In this document: positions 26,495 to 37,373 of the stretch, in pieces
Numbering within the stretch: the first letter of the stretch is position 1
How the letters are laid out: every line of letters starts with the position of its first letter
NCBI GenBank assembly: GCA_963508315.1
Contig: CAUOWK010000001.1
Coordinates: forward strand, 496,930-560,929
Source of the DNA: an uncultured Sphingorhabdus sp.
GTDB lineage: Bacteria; Pseudomonadota; Alphaproteobacteria; Sphingomonadales; Sphingomonadaceae
Direction: 5' to 3'
Length of the DNA stretch: 64,000 bases
Made by a program: the position numbers and the translations under genes
Notes under the pieces: model-generated
Told to the model about the DNA's origin: nothing
Database searches by the model: none
The model's input: only the letters and a program-made list of their open reading frames with translations

Positions 26495-26908
26495 ATGGCA
26501 CTTATTGAAGGTATTATTGGCCCTATCGCAAGCTTGATTGACAAGATCATTCCAGATCCAAAAGCGCGCGATGCGGCAAAGCTAGAATTGATAAAATTAC
26601 AGGGAACCCAAGAAATGGAGGGCCTGCGGACCCAATTGTCCGCCATATTGGCTGAAGCGCAATCCACCGACCCGTGGACAAGCCGTGCGCGGCCCAGTTT
26701 CCTCTATGTTATCTACGCAATGCTGTTGTGGGCGATTCCCATGGGGCTGATTGCCGCCATCCGGCCAGAAGCTGCGGCAAATATCGCGAGCGGCATGAAT
26801 GCCTATCTGAACGGCCTGCCAGAGCCATTATATGCTTTATTCGGCACGGGCTATCTCGGTTACACCGTCGCGCGCCAATGGGGCATCTCGCGCGGGACAG
26901 AAAAATAG
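26495..26908 (+). CDS. Holin-family protein (3TM, gene-transfer-release type)
   Basis: IGPIASLIDKIIPDP..AKLEL..AILAEAQSTDPWTSRARPSFLYV..LFGTGYLGYTVAR; directly follows the muramidase. Confidence 0.8.
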   Translation: MALIEGIIGPIASLIDKIIPDPKARDAAKLELIKLQGTQEMEGLRTQLSAILAEAQSTDPWTSRARPSFLYVIYAMLLWAIPMGLIAAIRPEAAANIASGMNAYLNGLPEPLYALFGTGYLGYTVARQWGISRGTEK

Positions 26909-26979
26909 TTGCGCATCACCGCGTTCATCCGTTACGCCAGTGTTCCCGCTAGGGTAAATGGGACTCAGGAGAACGTAAA

Positions 26980-27276
26980 ATGAAGAAGATAGTCGCAACT
27001 GTTGCTGCTCTCGCATTCACCGTATCGCTTGCCGCTTGCGGCGAAGCTGGTGACAAGGCAGCCGAAGAAACCGCAGAAGCAGCCGATGCAACTGGCGAAG
27101 CTGTTGAAGCTGGTGCCGAAAATGCAATGACTGCCGCTGAAGGCGCAGCAGACGCAACCGCAGAAGCCGCTGGTGAAGCCGCTGACGCAACTGCAGACGC
27201 CGCCAAGGACGCAACAGCAGCAACTGGCGCAGCCGTTGAAGAAGCTGGCGCAGACATGAAGGACGCTGCCAAGTAA
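26980..27276 (+). CDS. Small Ala/Glu/Asp-rich lipoprotein
   Basis: RBS CAGGAG; lipobox LAAC; low-complexity acidic repeats; followed by a terminator. Confidence 0.8.
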   Translation: MKKIVATVAALAFTVSLAACGEAGDKAAEETAEAADATGEAVEAGAENAMTAAEGAADATAEAAGEAADATADAAKDATAATGAAVEEAGADMKDAAK

Positions 27277-27292
27277 GATTGGCGCTTCCGCG

Positions 27293-27334
27293 AAAAAAAA
27301 CGGCCCGCCCTGCCTTGGCAGCGGCGGGCTTTTT
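27293..27334. terminator. Bidirectional Rho-independent terminator
   Basis: A8, GCCCGC...GCGGGC stem and T-run between convergent genes. Confidence 0.7.
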
Positions 27335-27355
27335 AGTGGGCGCGCGTGGCGGTCG

Positions 27356-30100
27356 TCATGCCTTGCCGATGAGCGCTTGGGTCGCCCCAGGCTGTAGCGC
27401 CGACATCTTCGCAGTGGCTTCTACGGACGCCAATGGCAATTCAATAGTAAATTGCGCGCCGGTCACCCCGTTCTGCGCGCGGATGCTTCCACCAAGGTCG
27501 CGGATGATGCCGTAACTGATGGATAGGCCAAGTCCAGTCCCTTCCTTCGGCGCTTTCGTGGTGAAGAATGGCTCAAAAAGCATCGGCAGGACATCGTCGG
27601 GCAGGCCAGTGCCATTATCGTCAATGGTGATGACCGCCATAGAATCGGTCCGGTCGATGCTGATTTTGATCAACCCGTCAGCGCTATCACCCGAAGTATG
27701 GCGCGCGCAAATCGCGTCGTTGGCGTTTAACAAGACGTTGAGCAGCACCTGTTCAAACTGAACAGACAGCGCTTCGACGTGGACTTCCTTCGCTTTGACG
27801 ACCAGCTCAACGTCGGTGCCGTCAAGCTCTAACTGCGGGGCAACCATCAGTATTACACCTTGGATCGCGGTTTCAACATCGATGGGCGCTGGCTGCTCGG
27901 TTGGCGTCCGTCCAAAAACCCGCATATGCAGAATGATGGCCGATGCACGGTCAACCTGCCGCAAAATGCCTTCCATCTTTTCGACGACGCGGCCCGCATC
28001 GAGATTCCCGCGCTGGACATTGGTACGAAGGTTGGACGCCGCCATTTTTATAAAGTTGAGCGGCTGGTTCAACTCGTGGGCAGTGCCCGCGATCATTCGG
28101 CCAAGGCTGGCCATCTTGTCTGCTTGCAGTAATTGCTCGGTTGCCGCCTTACGCTCCGAGATGTCAACCAAAACGCCCACGCCTTCAAGATTGTCGGACC
28201 CCGGCACAGCTTCCACGGACAGCGTATCAAGCACCCAGATATAATGGCCCGCCTTATGCCGGATCCTATACTCCACATTCACGATGTCTCTAGGCTTCAA
28301 ATTCTGAAACGTGCTCAAGCACCGGCTGAGGTCATCGGGATGCAGAACCGCGCTCCATGCGCCGGGTCGCAACATTTCCGCAGCTGAGTAGCCCCCAAGT
28401 TTTTCAATCGAGGGCGAGATATAGATAGGTGTCTCTCTAACACCGTTGATGACGTCTACCGCATAGCCGATGACTGGCGCGTTGCGGGCGATGTTATTCA
28501 ATCGCCGTTCAAAATTCACCAGCGCCCCACGTTCGGTGCGGAACTTCGCACCAGCGGAGGCGATCGTACCCGATATTTCGTTCAGTTCCTGAATCATCAG
28601 GCTGTCGATCTGGTCCCGATCTGCCCCGCGAATGGCCAAATCCGCTGCAGATTGCGCCAACCGGCGAAATGTCTGTCCTAAAACCTTGCTCAGCACCGAT
28701 GCGAACAAAGCCACGAAGACAACAAATGCAAACAGAGCAGCAAATTGCGTCATCTGAACCTCGCGCGCCCGCAGCACCGCCGGCGCAAGCGCCGCAATGG
28801 CCACGACCTGCCATTCGGGCAACATGGGTATGGGTGCCGTGCGCAATATCTGCGCGTCGCGCAGGTCCGACATGACGGCATTGCCATAGCTGACGCTGCT
28901 AAGCAGCAAAGGTGCACCGATGGCTTGATTGCGTTCTTCGGGCGTTAACGCTGCCACGCGATCAATCGTAGCTTGCTTGACGTGCGTGATTGGCAGCGTT
29001 CCCTGCTGCGCGCTAACCACAAACAGTCCGTCATCTTCATGCCTGCCCACGGAGGTTGCCAACCGGTGAAGCACGTCATGTCGCAGGCGCGCGACAATCA
29101 GACCTTCTTTGCCGTCTACGGCAACGGGCACCAACAGCGCCAGTTCGGATCCATGTTTCGCGGTTTGCTGCGCCAGCGCAATCAACCTTACGCCCTGCCC
29201 CGCTGGCACAGTATCGGGAAATGCACGCTGCGTTGGCATTTGGATGAATTTTTCACCTGGCGCTGCTGACCATGTGATGCGTTGTCCGCCAGCGGTTACG
29301 TTGACCATATCGAATTCAGCCGAAAGTCTGTCGAGAAACTTGCTGCGTGGCGCGCCGGTTGTTGCGAATGCCTGCTCTGCATGTATTTTCAGGACAAGTG
29401 CGCGCGAATAAGCCCACATATGAATGCTTTCCCGCGTGACCATCAGGCGGGTCTCGACCTGACGGCTGACCTCATTTCGGGCATCGCGTTCACGCGACGG
29501 CGCGTCGAGGGCGAGATATACTGTGGTCGGGATCAGAATGACGGCCATCAGCAACGTCGTGACAAAGCTTTCAACCGGAAGCTTGGGCCAGTGGGAAAAG
29601 CGCTGCCGAACATTGAACCCGATGATGCATAAATAAATCGCCTCCCCCAGCACGACGTTCAAAATGCCGTTGGTTGATTGCTTGGCGAGCACGAGCAGCA
29701 AGGACAGCTCGTCCATTTTCAATATGGCGCCATAGGTCAGCAACAACAAAGGCGCACCCAGCACCAGCCAGAAGATAACGTCATTGCGGACGGGCGAATT
29801 CTTCCGCGCGTAAAAGACTATAAAGGCCGCCTCAACGACCCACACAATCCAGGCCCATGGATGATTCCACAGAAATATCGTCCGCACGCTGGAAATGGCT
29901 GCTGCGAGAATGATGGATCGCGGGGCCAGAACGCGCAGAAACGCATACACCAGCGCGTTACCGAAGACAAAGTGCATGCCCCAGCCAAGCTGAAGTTCAA
30001 AACTGTTGAGGAAAAGCCCGCTAAGGCCGAGCAATATTGCGAAGCCCGTTTCTTTCACTGACCATTTCATGGACGGAAACGCTTTTGGCAGTGCCATCAC
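27356..30100 (-). CDS. Membrane sensor histidine kinase with PAS domain
   Basis: N-terminal multi-TM region; PAS ([13 protein letters not shown]); H-box [11 protein letters not shown]; N, D (DDNGTG), F and G (GTGLGLSIS) boxes. Confidence 0.9.
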   Translation of the reverse strand: MMALPKAFPSMKWSVKETGFAILLGLSGLFLNSFELQLGWGMHFVFGNALVYAFLRVLAPRSIILAAAISSVRTIFLWNHPWAWIVWVVEAAFIVFYARKNSPVRNDVIFWLVLGAPLLLLTYGAILKMDELSLLLVLAKQSTNGILNVVLGEAIYLCIIGFNVRQRFSHWPKLPVESFVTTLLMAVILIPTTVYLALDAPSRERDARNEVSRQVETRLMVTRESIHMWAYSRALVLKIHAEQAFATTGAPRSKFLDRLSAEFDMVNVTAGGQRITWSAAPGEKFIQMPTQRAFPDTVPAGQGVRLIALAQQTAKHGSELALLVPVAVDGKEGLIVARLRHDVLHRLATSVGRHEDDGLFVVSAQQGTLPITHVKQATIDRVAALTPEERNQAIGAPLLLSSVSYGNAVMSDLRDAQILRTAPIPMLPEWQVVAIAALAPAVLRAREVQMTQFAALFAFVVFVALFASVLSKVLGQTFRRLAQSAADLAIRGADRDQIDSLMIQELNEISGTIASAGAKFRTERGALVNFERRLNNIARNAPVIGYAVDVINGVRETPIYISPSIEKLGGYSAAEMLRPGAWSAVLHPDDLSRCLSTFQNLKPRDIVNVEYRIRHKAGHYIWVLDTLSVEAVPGSDNLEGVGVLVDISERKAATEQLLQADKMASLGRMIAGTAHELNQPLNFIKMAASNLRTNVQRGNLDAGRVVEKMEGILRQVDRASAIILHMRVFGRTPTEQPAPIDVETAIQGVILMVAPQLELDGTDVELVVKAKEVHVEALSVQFEQVLLNVLLNANDAICARHTSGDSADGLIKISIDRTDSMAVITIDDNGTGLPDDVLPMLFEPFFTTKAPKEGTGLGLSISYGIIRDLGGSIRAQNGVTGAQFTIELPLASVEATAKMSALQPGATQALIGKA

Positions 30101-30507
30101 AACCGCGCCAAAGCAGCTTCAATCGCTGAAACCAGTTGATCGGTTTCGGCTGGTTTCACGAAAACCGGTATGTCCGCCACATCAGCATCAAGTTGTGTGC
30201 TGGCGTCGCCTGTCAGGATCATGAACGCGATATCCCTGCCCGCAGCCATCGCCGCGCGTGCCTTCCGGATAAGGCTAACGCCGTCGAGATTCGCCATGCG
30301 CAGATCCGTGATGACCACCGCTATGTCGGCGCGGTCCAAAATCAGGGCAAGCGCCTGCACAGGGTCGGAGCAGGTTAAGGTCGCAAAACCTAAGCCTTCG
30401 AAAAATTCCTGATATTCGGGTAAAATATCGTGTTCATCATCGACCAGCAGAACATATGAAGCTGTAGTTGACGACAACGAAGCCACCCCCTTGGCTGTGT
30501 TGTTCAT
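30097..30507 (-). CDS. Single-domain response regulator (receiver)
   Basis: VLLVDDE, VITDLRMANLDG, ILTG, FVKP; ATGA overlap with the kinase gene. Confidence 0.88.
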   Translation of the reverse strand: MNNTAKGVASLSSTTASYVLLVDDEHDILPEYQEFFEGLGFATLTCSDPVQALALILDRADIAVVITDLRMANLDGVSLIRKARAAMAAGRDIAFMILTGDASTQLDADVADIPVFVKPAETDQLVSAIEAALARL

Positions 30508-30667
30508 TGCGGACCGAATCGTTAATATTTGTGGTCGGATAAAACATTTCGCACGATTTTACACGTTAAAATACAACCGCGATCGCGTCAGCTTTTCGGG
30601 AACGTTCGTTCCTCATCGGAATTGACCGACGCCGCCAGAATGCGGCGGCGTCGATTTCGCTTGTAAT

Positions 30668-31333
30668 TTAGGCCATTGTGCCGCGCGCACGCGATGACGA
30701 ATGGCCGCCATAGCGATACAAAGTTTCCTGCACCTGCGTGCGGTCAACATTATTGGCATGCACGGTCACCAGAACGCCGCCGCTTTTCAACTGCTCGCCA
30801 TAATAAGATGCGTCTTCGTCGCTGACGCCGTGGCCCTTCAATGCTTCATTGAACGTACCGGCGGCCGCGCCTGCGACTGCGCCAATCGCCATTGCTTCGG
30901 GAACAACCGTTGCTGCAATCGCGCCCAAAGCTGCCAGCGGGCCAACGCCGGGGATGGCAAGGGCCGCAACGCCCAGGCCAGCGCCCAATGCGCCGCCGCC
31001 CAATATACCGCGCAGCACGTTTGTGTGCTCCTCATCGGTGATTTCACCGCCGCCTTCGCGTGTCGTCATCGTGCCTTTGGACTGTGCAATCAGCGACAAG
31101 TCGCTATCGGTCACGCCGATTTCACGAAGCGCGGATACGGCGCGCTGCGCTTCTTCGGACGAATCGAAAACCGCCGACACAACGCCGCCTTGGCTTGTTT
31201 GGCCAATACTGCTGTCCCGATTAGTCAGGTTATCGGTGCCGCCGCTTTCGCCCGTGAAGGCATTTGCTGCGCGATCAAGTGGACCGCGGTTGGGATCATC
31301 CTGACCAAATGTCGAATTGCTATCATTTTGCAT
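30668..31333 (-). CDS. General-stress-protein-like membrane protein (YflT/17M-like with Gly-zipper)
   Basis: SAVFDSSEEAQRAV..L..IG; GGGALGAGLG..IPGVGP Gly-zipper; GVSDEDASYY..LKSGGVLVTV. Confidence 0.7.
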   Translation of the reverse strand: MQNDSNSTFGQDDPNRGPLDRAANAFTGESGGTDNLTNRDSSIGQTSQGGVVSAVFDSSEEAQRAVSALREIGVTDSDLSLIAQSKGTMTTREGGGEITDEEHTNVLRGILGGGALGAGLGVAALAIPGVGPLAALGAIAATVVPEAMAIGAVAGAAAGTFNEALKGHGVSDEDASYYGEQLKSGGVLVTVHANNVDRTQVQETLYRYGGHSSSRARGTMA

Positions 31334-31513
31334 AAATCATCTCCTGAAGTTCAGAATAGCAAGGCGTTCCGCCCGCTTTGAAGGCTTGTGCCATATCGTG
31401 TTGCACGATGATTCTAACGACAGGAGTGACTATAGGTTCCGGACACTCCCATATGCAGGAGCGCTTTTTCGCGTCGAAGGGCCTAAAAAACCGGCCAGTC
31501 GAACGAAGCAAAT

Positions 31514-32602
31514 TTAGGAAGCGATGTTGGTCTCGAAACGCCAGATGATGATGTTCGAATAGGTCTCACCGGGCGCTAATGCGACGGAATGAAACGCGGG
31601 CTGATTTGGTGCATCGGGGAAGTGTTGGGGCTCCAGCGCAATTGCATCGCCCATCCGATAGCTTTTGCCTGCTTTACCTGCAGTCGAACCATCAAAGAAG
31701 TTACCCGAATAGAACTGAACACCCGGCTGGTTCGACCATAATGTCATGATCCGGCCAGAATGCGGATCCTCTACCCGCGCGACGAATTGCGGCGTGTCGC
31801 TTGGCGCATCGCTGACGATCCAATTATGGTCATAGCCCCGCCCATGCTGCAACTGGGCATCGGCAACATCACGGAGGCGCGCGCGAATTGGGGTCCCCTC
31901 GCGAAAGTCAAAGGCGGTGCCGGCAACGCTGCGCCTCTCGCCCATGGGGATCAGGCCGCTATCAACAGGCAGGAAATGTTCGGCAGCGATGGTCAATATG
32001 TGGTCCATTGCATCATGCTGCGCACCCTCGCCGCCAAGATTCCAATAGGCATGGTTGGACAGATTAACGCATGTGGGCGCATCGGTTGCCGCGCGATAAT
32101 GGACGGACAGGCTGTTGTCCTCACTCAGTTGGTATGTCGCCAACACCCGCAAAGTGCCGGGATAGCCTTGGTCGCCATCGGGGCTAGTCAAAGCAAAGGT
32201 CGCGGTCAACGCGTCCTCGTCGCAGGCCAGCAGCTCCCAGTTTTTCTTATCGAAACCCTCCGGTCCGCCATGCAGCGAATGCGCGCCGTCATTGGCCGGA
32301 ACGTTATATTGCTGTCCGCCAAGCGTGAAACGTGCGTGGGCAATGCGGTTAGCGACACGTCCGACGGTGGCACCAAAATATTGCGGGGCCTGCACATATC
32401 CGTCCAGTGTCGCATAGCCCATCGTAACATCGGCAAAATTACCGTGCGCGTCGGGAACACTCACCGACTGGATAGATGCACCATAACCAATCAGGCGCAC
32501 CGACATGCCGTGACTGTTGGTCAGCGTCACGGCCTCTACCGCATCGCCATTGGCCAGCGTTCCGAATAGCTCACGGCTTAACGTTGCACCCATATTCCTC
32601 AT
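31514..32602 (-). CDS. galM: Aldose 1-epimerase (mutarotase)
   Basis: GATVGRVANRI, HSLHGG, NLSNHAYWNL, GYDHNW, QPGVQFYSGN, ALEPQHFPD. Confidence 0.92.
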   Translation of the reverse strand: MRNMGATLSRELFGTLANGDAVEAVTLTNSHGMSVRLIGYGASIQSVSVPDAHGNFADVTMGYATLDGYVQAPQYFGATVGRVANRIAHARFTLGGQQYNVPANDGAHSLHGGPEGFDKKNWELLACDEDALTATFALTSPDGDQGYPGTLRVLATYQLSEDNSLSVHYRAATDAPTCVNLSNHAYWNLGGEGAQHDAMDHILTIAAEHFLPVDSGLIPMGERRSVAGTAFDFREGTPIRARLRDVADAQLQHGRGYDHNWIVSDAPSDTPQFVARVEDPHSGRIMTLWSNQPGVQFYSGNFFDGSTAGKAGKSYRMGDAIALEPQHFPDAPNQPAFHSVALAPGETYSNIIIWRFETNIAS

Positions 32603-32691
32603 CCTCCTGGTAGTCAGGCGCCCCAGATATGATAATTCGTACTGGAAAGATACGGTCAGGCGGCCGCTTCGCCATTAATCATAACAGGGGT

Positions 32692-35151
32692 TCAGATGTT
32701 CCGCTCGCCAATGCAGCGCTCGACGTCGCGCAACTCATAGGGCTTGCTTAGAACGCTCACGGATCGACGCTCGACCAGGCTGGCGAGGATACCGTTTGGC
32801 GGGTGTCCTGATGAAATGATGACACCCTGATGGCCCTGTGCGACGATGTCGTCGACCCAGTTTTCAGCCGAACCGTCCGGTAGCGAGATATCGGTAATTA
32901 TGATGTCGAAATCACCCGTAGCAAATGCCTCCTGCGCATCGGCTAGAAGGGCCGCTTGCGTCACCTCTGCGCCAAGCGCATCCAGCATATCGGCCAGATT
33001 GATGCGGATCAGCGCCTCATCCTCGACCACTAATACCCGCAAATCAGACGCTGGAAGCTGCGCGGCGCTGTGGGTAACCGCTACCTCAGCGGTGCGTGCC
33101 TTTGCCATAACCCGTTGTATCTTCTGCACCAGCTGGTCACCGGTATAAGGTTTCGATAGCAAATCGACGCCATGATCCAGCCGCCCTGCGTGCACGATGG
33201 CATTTTCGGTATAGCCCGAGGTGAACAGCACGGCGATATCAGGCAAAATCTGCTTGGCGCGGCGTGCAAGTTCCGGACTGCGTAAGGTTCCCGGCATCAC
33301 CACGTCGGTGAACAACAGGTCGATTTTCACACCGCTTTCCACGACGGCGAGGGCATGGTCCGCATTGGTCGCTTGCAACACCGTGAAGCCAAGTTCTTGC
33401 AGCGTTTCAACCGCAGTGGCGCGGACGATTTCATCGTCTTCAACGACCAATATAGTGTCTGCCTTGCCGAATTTGGCGACTGGCATGCTCAATGCCATGT
33501 CCGTGTTGGCTTCCTCCGCCGCGCGCGTGCGAGGCAGATATACCCTGACCGTCGTGCCAACGCCTATTTCGCTGTAGATGTTGATATGCCCGCCTGATTG
33601 CTTGACGAGTCCATATACCATGCTGAGCCCAAGTCCGGTGCCACTTCCGGGTTCCTTGGTGGTGAAGAACGGGTTGAACGCTTTTTCGACGACCTCGGGT
33701 GCCATACCTGACCCCGTATCGGTAACCGCCAGCATCACATATTGCCCCGGCGCAACGTCGCCATGGACTTGCACATATTTATCATCGAGCGACGCATTGC
33801 CTGCCTCAATCGTCAGCTTGCCATGACCATCCATGGCATCACGCGCATTGATCGCAAGGTTCAGGATGGCATTTTCCACCTGCGCCGCATCAATCATGCA
33901 ATTCCAGAGGCCGGCGCCAACGATCGTTTCGACCTCAATCGTTTCTTCCAGCGTGCGCGCCAACATCTCGTTCATGCCCCGCAACAGCTTACCCACATTG
34001 ATTGGCTGCGGTTGCAAGGGCTGTTGCCGACCGAAGGACAGAAGGTGCGACGCTAGCTTCGCCCCCCGCGCAACGCCGCCCATGGCATTCTCCAGCCGCT
34101 TCATGGCCCGCGGATTATCGCCAATGTCACGGGCGAGCAATTCAAGACTGCCGCCCACAACCTGAAGCAGATTGTTGAAGTCATGGGCAATACCGCCAGT
34201 GAGCTGGCCGATAGCTTCCATCTTCTGCGCTTGCAGCAATTGTTCTTCGACCTGTTTGCGTTGTGCAATCGCCTCGGCCACCTTGTGCTGCAGCGAGTCA
34301 TTGAACCGGTGCAACGCATCGCGCGCGACCAGCTCTTGGCTGATATCGCGAACCTCGACAATGGTGCCGACTGCTATGTTCTCGTCATTCCGAATGGGCG
34401 AAGCGGTAAAGCCTACAGGGTAGAAGGAGCCGTTTTTGTGAACAAAGACCTCTTCGCCCATGACTTGGTTCTCTTCGGGCAAAGCACGGTCGATGGCACA
34501 TTCATGAATGGGGAAATGCCGTCCGTCCGGATAGCTGTGGTGGATAACATCATGCAACGGCCGACCACGCGTTTCTTCGTAGCTATAACCCGTCAGCTTC
34601 TCGGCTGCGCTGTTCATGAATATACAGTGCTGGCAATCATCCATGACGAACACCGCCATCGTAGTATTGTCCAATATGGCATTGAGCCGGCTGGCAACGT
34701 CGCGCAACTCGCGCTCAACGCGGTTGCGGCTGGTGACATCCTGAATAGCTGCAAAGAACACGGGCGGGGAATCGTCCGTGCGTATAAGCTGCAACTGCAC
34801 AGAAACATCATAATCGGTGCCATCTTTACGCCGGTGAATTGTGTTAAATTCAAGTACCGGGACGTCCCCATGTACCAGCGGCGCGACCATCTCGATAAAG
34901 GCGTCCTTACTTAATTGGGGCTTAAGATCCCAAGGTGTAAGGTCGCGCAGTTCGTCCATAGAATATAGCATATTTTCGCGCGCACCGCGGTTGACCAGAA
35001 TGAATTTGAAATCCGACAGCGCAAAAACATAGACTTCGCTCGCCGATCCCTCGACGATTTTCCCCAGCCGTTCATTGGACAAGGCCGACGCGACATTTTC
35101 CGTGTGATCCATCGCTTCGTCCTCGGTTTCATCAGCCAGAGAAATGCGCAA
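32692..35151 (-). CDS. Cytoplasmic hybrid histidine kinase (PAS-PAS-HisKA-HATPase-REC-REC)
   Basis: Two PAS domains; GGIAHDFNNLL; NLAINARDAM; GTGLGLS; two receivers (LFTDVVMPG, IITDISLPDG). Confidence 0.92.
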   Translation of the reverse strand: MRISLADETEDEAMDHTENVASALSNERLGKIVEGSASEVYVFALSDFKFILVNRGARENMLYSMDELRDLTPWDLKPQLSKDAFIEMVAPLVHGDVPVLEFNTIHRRKDGTDYDVSVQLQLIRTDDSPPVFFAAIQDVTSRNRVERELRDVASRLNAILDNTTMAVFVMDDCQHCIFMNSAAEKLTGYSYEETRGRPLHDVIHHSYPDGRHFPIHECAIDRALPEENQVMGEEVFVHKNGSFYPVGFTASPIRNDENIAVGTIVEVRDISQELVARDALHRFNDSLQHKVAEAIAQRKQVEEQLLQAQKMEAIGQLTGGIAHDFNNLLQVVGGSLELLARDIGDNPRAMKRLENAMGGVARGAKLASHLLSFGRQQPLQPQPINVGKLLRGMNEMLARTLEETIEVETIVGAGLWNCMIDAAQVENAILNLAINARDAMDGHGKLTIEAGNASLDDKYVQVHGDVAPGQYVMLAVTDTGSGMAPEVVEKAFNPFFTTKEPGSGTGLGLSMVYGLVKQSGGHINIYSEIGVGTTVRVYLPRTRAAEEANTDMALSMPVAKFGKADTILVVEDDEIVRATAVETLQELGFTVLQATNADHALAVVESGVKIDLLFTDVVMPGTLRSPELARRAKQILPDIAVLFTSGYTENAIVHAGRLDHGVDLLSKPYTGDQLVQKIQRVMAKARTAEVAVTHSAAQLPASDLRVLVVEDEALIRINLADMLDALGAEVTQAALLADAQEAFATGDFDIIITDISLPDGSAENWVDDIVAQGHQGVIISSGHPPNGILASLVERRSVSVLSKPYELRDVERCIGERNI

Positions 35152-35289
35152 ATATTTCGGGAAAATTCACGTCCGGCCTGCGCGATGCAAATATCAATAA
35201 TATGTCGTTGGGGCAAATAGATAACTTACAAAAAACCGCCTCAACCGACCATTTCAATGCAAACGAATGCGTAAAACAGGTGTCTATAT

Positions 35290-35937
35290 TTAGGTATTAC
35301 TGACACGCGCCGACAATATAGCCGCAATTCCGGCCGGTGGATTATTATTACGCAATATTTTGAGCGCGTTGGCTACATCCAGCTGATAATGTGCGACTGC
35401 ATCAAGTGCGGGTTGACGGACCGCTCCCATATGCATGACCAGTTTGGACGCCGCTCTATTTTCCGCCAGCATCTGCATATCAAGCCGCGCAATGCCTTCG
35501 TCGAGACAATCAAGTAACACGGCGGTGATCAACATTCGCGCTACGCCGAATCCATGATATTCGTCGAGCACGGCAATCGCCAGTTCGCCATGCGTCGTTA
35601 TGTTATCCGAACGAATGGCGTGAGCAGCGCCAATGGGAGGATAATCTGCACCATCCAATAGAATCGCCCCCCACCCGATATGGTCATGCCCATCAACCGC
35701 GCTGAGCCGTTTCACGATGCTTTCAGGCGGCGTGCGAAATGCGGAGAAAAAGCGCAAATAGCGCGAACGATCGGACATTTCGGATATGCCATCGCGAATA
35801 CGTGCTTCGTCGCTTGGCCGGATGGTGCGCAGACAGACAGGCCGTCCGTCGGACAATGTCGTCTCTATTTCACAGAGCATGTGCGCGGGGCGCGGCGGAG
35901 GCGGAAGCATGTGGCGTTCATACCCCAAATTGGCCAT
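35290..35937 (-). CDS. GNAT-family acetyltransferase (Pat-like)
   Basis: LRTIRPSD, SRYLRFF, ELAIAVLDEYHGFGVA, AENRAASKL; start uncertain because the annotated 36003 start lies inside a terminator. Confidence 0.8.
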   Translation of the reverse strand: MANLGYERHMLPPPPRPAHMLCEIETTLSDGRPVCLRTIRPSDEARIRDGISEMSDRSRYLRFFSAFRTPPESIVKRLSAVDGHDHIGWGAILLDGADYPPIGAAHAIRSDNITTHGELAIAVLDEYHGFGVARMLITAVLLDCLDEGIARLDMQMLAENRAASKLVMHMGAVRQPALDAVAHYQLDVANALKILRNNNPPAGIAAILSARVSNT

Positions 35938-35980
35938 GAATGCACGGAATGACTCTGCCCCCTTCGAAGGACCGCGCCAT

Positions 35981-36013
35981 AAAAAAAACGGCGATGTCGC
36001 CACCGCCGTTTTT
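35981..36013. terminator. Rho-independent terminator
   Basis: AAAAAAAACGGCG...CGCCGTTTTT. Confidence 0.7.
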
Positions 36014-36020
36014 AATTGAG

Positions 36021-36902
36021 TTAGACCAGTCTTGGCGCATTCGGTTGCGTCATATCTGCTTGTTGATCGGGCATTGCATCCGTGGACGATGACGAAGTGG
36101 TGAGTATTTCATCTGCTTTCGTCAGCAGCTCGTCCTTTTTCTCGCGCACTTGCCCTGTCACGCGGTCCTTCTGCTCATTCACCGCATCGCGGGCCTTCTG
36201 GCTCAACGCACCTAAGCGCTCTTTTTCGGGGTGTGTTGCCGGCAAAGCGGATCCAAAAGCAGCACCAACTGCAGCAGCGAGCATGCCGCCGACCAGCGGG
36301 TTCTCCGCATAGATGTTCTGCGTCTTGCCGATGACCGCTTGTGCCTTCAATTTGGCCGCGTCCCGTCCGTCGGCAGTGCGCGCGGCCAAGTCATGACGTT
36401 TTTGACGGAATTTTTCCGAAAGCGTGTCGAGCCTTTTGCTAAACGCGCTCTCGTCCTCGCCTTCGGTACGCTCAACGTTGAAATAGCTTGAGCGGGCCGC
36501 GTCTTGGCGACGGTTAAAGGCTTCGATATCTTCATCCGCCATCTGCTGGACCGCAGACATATGGGTAAAGTAATCATGCTGTTCCGCATCGAAGTCCTCA
36601 GCAATACCGTTACGGTTTTTGCCGAATTTCGATCCCATCTTGGGTAGTTTCGCATCATGGTCGCTCAACAGCCAGATCGTGCCTGCTGCGATCAGGCCAA
36701 GCGCCACCGGATTTCGGCGCGCGCCATCGACAATCATGCGGGCGTTAATGTCGCTGTCGTCCGCTTTCTCCAGCAATGCGTTGAACATATTTTTGATGCT
36801 GAGTTGATCGCCAATCTTATCTACGGTCGAACTCATATTGTCCTGCGTGCGGCGAATTTCGCGTTCGATTTCTGCGGGATCTTCAATAGTATCGGTAGCC
36901 AT
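36021..36902 (-). CDS. DUF3618-domain protein
   Basis: DPAEIEREIRRTQDNMSSTVDKI N-terminus; ENPLVGGMLAAAVGAAFG; third gene of a common stress operon. Confidence 0.8.
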   Translation of the reverse strand: MATDTIEDPAEIEREIRRTQDNMSSTVDKIGDQLSIKNMFNALLEKADDSDINARMIVDGARRNPVALGLIAAGTIWLLSDHDAKLPKMGSKFGKNRNGIAEDFDAEQHDYFTHMSAVQQMADEDIEAFNRRQDAARSSYFNVERTEGEDESAFSKRLDTLSEKFRQKRHDLAARTADGRDAAKLKAQAVIGKTQNIYAENPLVGGMLAAAVGAAFGSALPATHPEKERLGALSQKARDAVNEQKDRVTGQVREKKDELLTKADEILTTSSSSTDAMPDQQADMTQPNAPRLV

Positions 36903-36914
36903 TTCTATTCCTTC

Positions 36915-37373
36915 TCAACTGTCGCCGCGGATGACTTCTGGGGTCCGCTGCAGGGTGCGTTGTGTACGTTCGGGGGGGAGGTTGGCTGCGGCCATTTTGC
37001 TGGCGGCAACGCGGTACAAAATGAACGCCAGCAACAAGGTCACTGCGCCGACGATCACCGTCGCCAGTCCAAGATCTTCGATTGCGCCAGCCAGCAAATA
37101 AGCCACCCCCATCAGGAGCACGCCCAAGCCAGCGATGCCGACCACAGCGGCACCTAGCAGGCCGCCGATCGCAGTCTTGATATCCGCCGCGGATTCGCGC
37201 ACTTCTGCTTTAATCAGGCTGAGTTGCTGATCCGCGAGATGCGTGCCCTGATTGACCAGGTCCCGCAGCAGGTCGACGATATTGTCGCCGCCAGCGGCTG
37301 GCCGATATTTGGAGCTTCGCGGCGTGACAGAAGCAGTCTCGCTTCGTGTGTCGGTGCCATCCAAATCGGTCAC
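36915..37373 (-). CDS. YqjE / phage-holin-3-6-like membrane protein
   Basis: DLLRDL..LIKAEVRE followed by two TM segments and LPPERT. Confidence 0.8.
   Translation of the reverse strand: MTDLDGTDTRSETASVTPRSSKYRPAAGGDNIVDLLRDLVNQGTHLADQQLSLIKAEVRESAADIKTAIGGLLGAAVVGIAGLGVLLMGVAYLLAGAIEDLGLATVIVGAVTLLLAFILYRVAASKMAAANLPPERTQRTLQRTPEVIRGDS

Noticed and set aside
25896-26908. Prophage
   Set aside because: No structural, packaging or replication genes adjacent; only the lysis pair.
26949-27272. 107-aa Ala/Ser-rich minus-strand ORF
   Set aside because: Mirror of the Ala-rich lipoprotein, which has an RBS, lipobox and terminator.
31345-31370. EcfG promoter upstream of the general-stress-like gene
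   Set aside because: GGAAC is present but there is no CGTT/CATT at 16-17 bp spacing.
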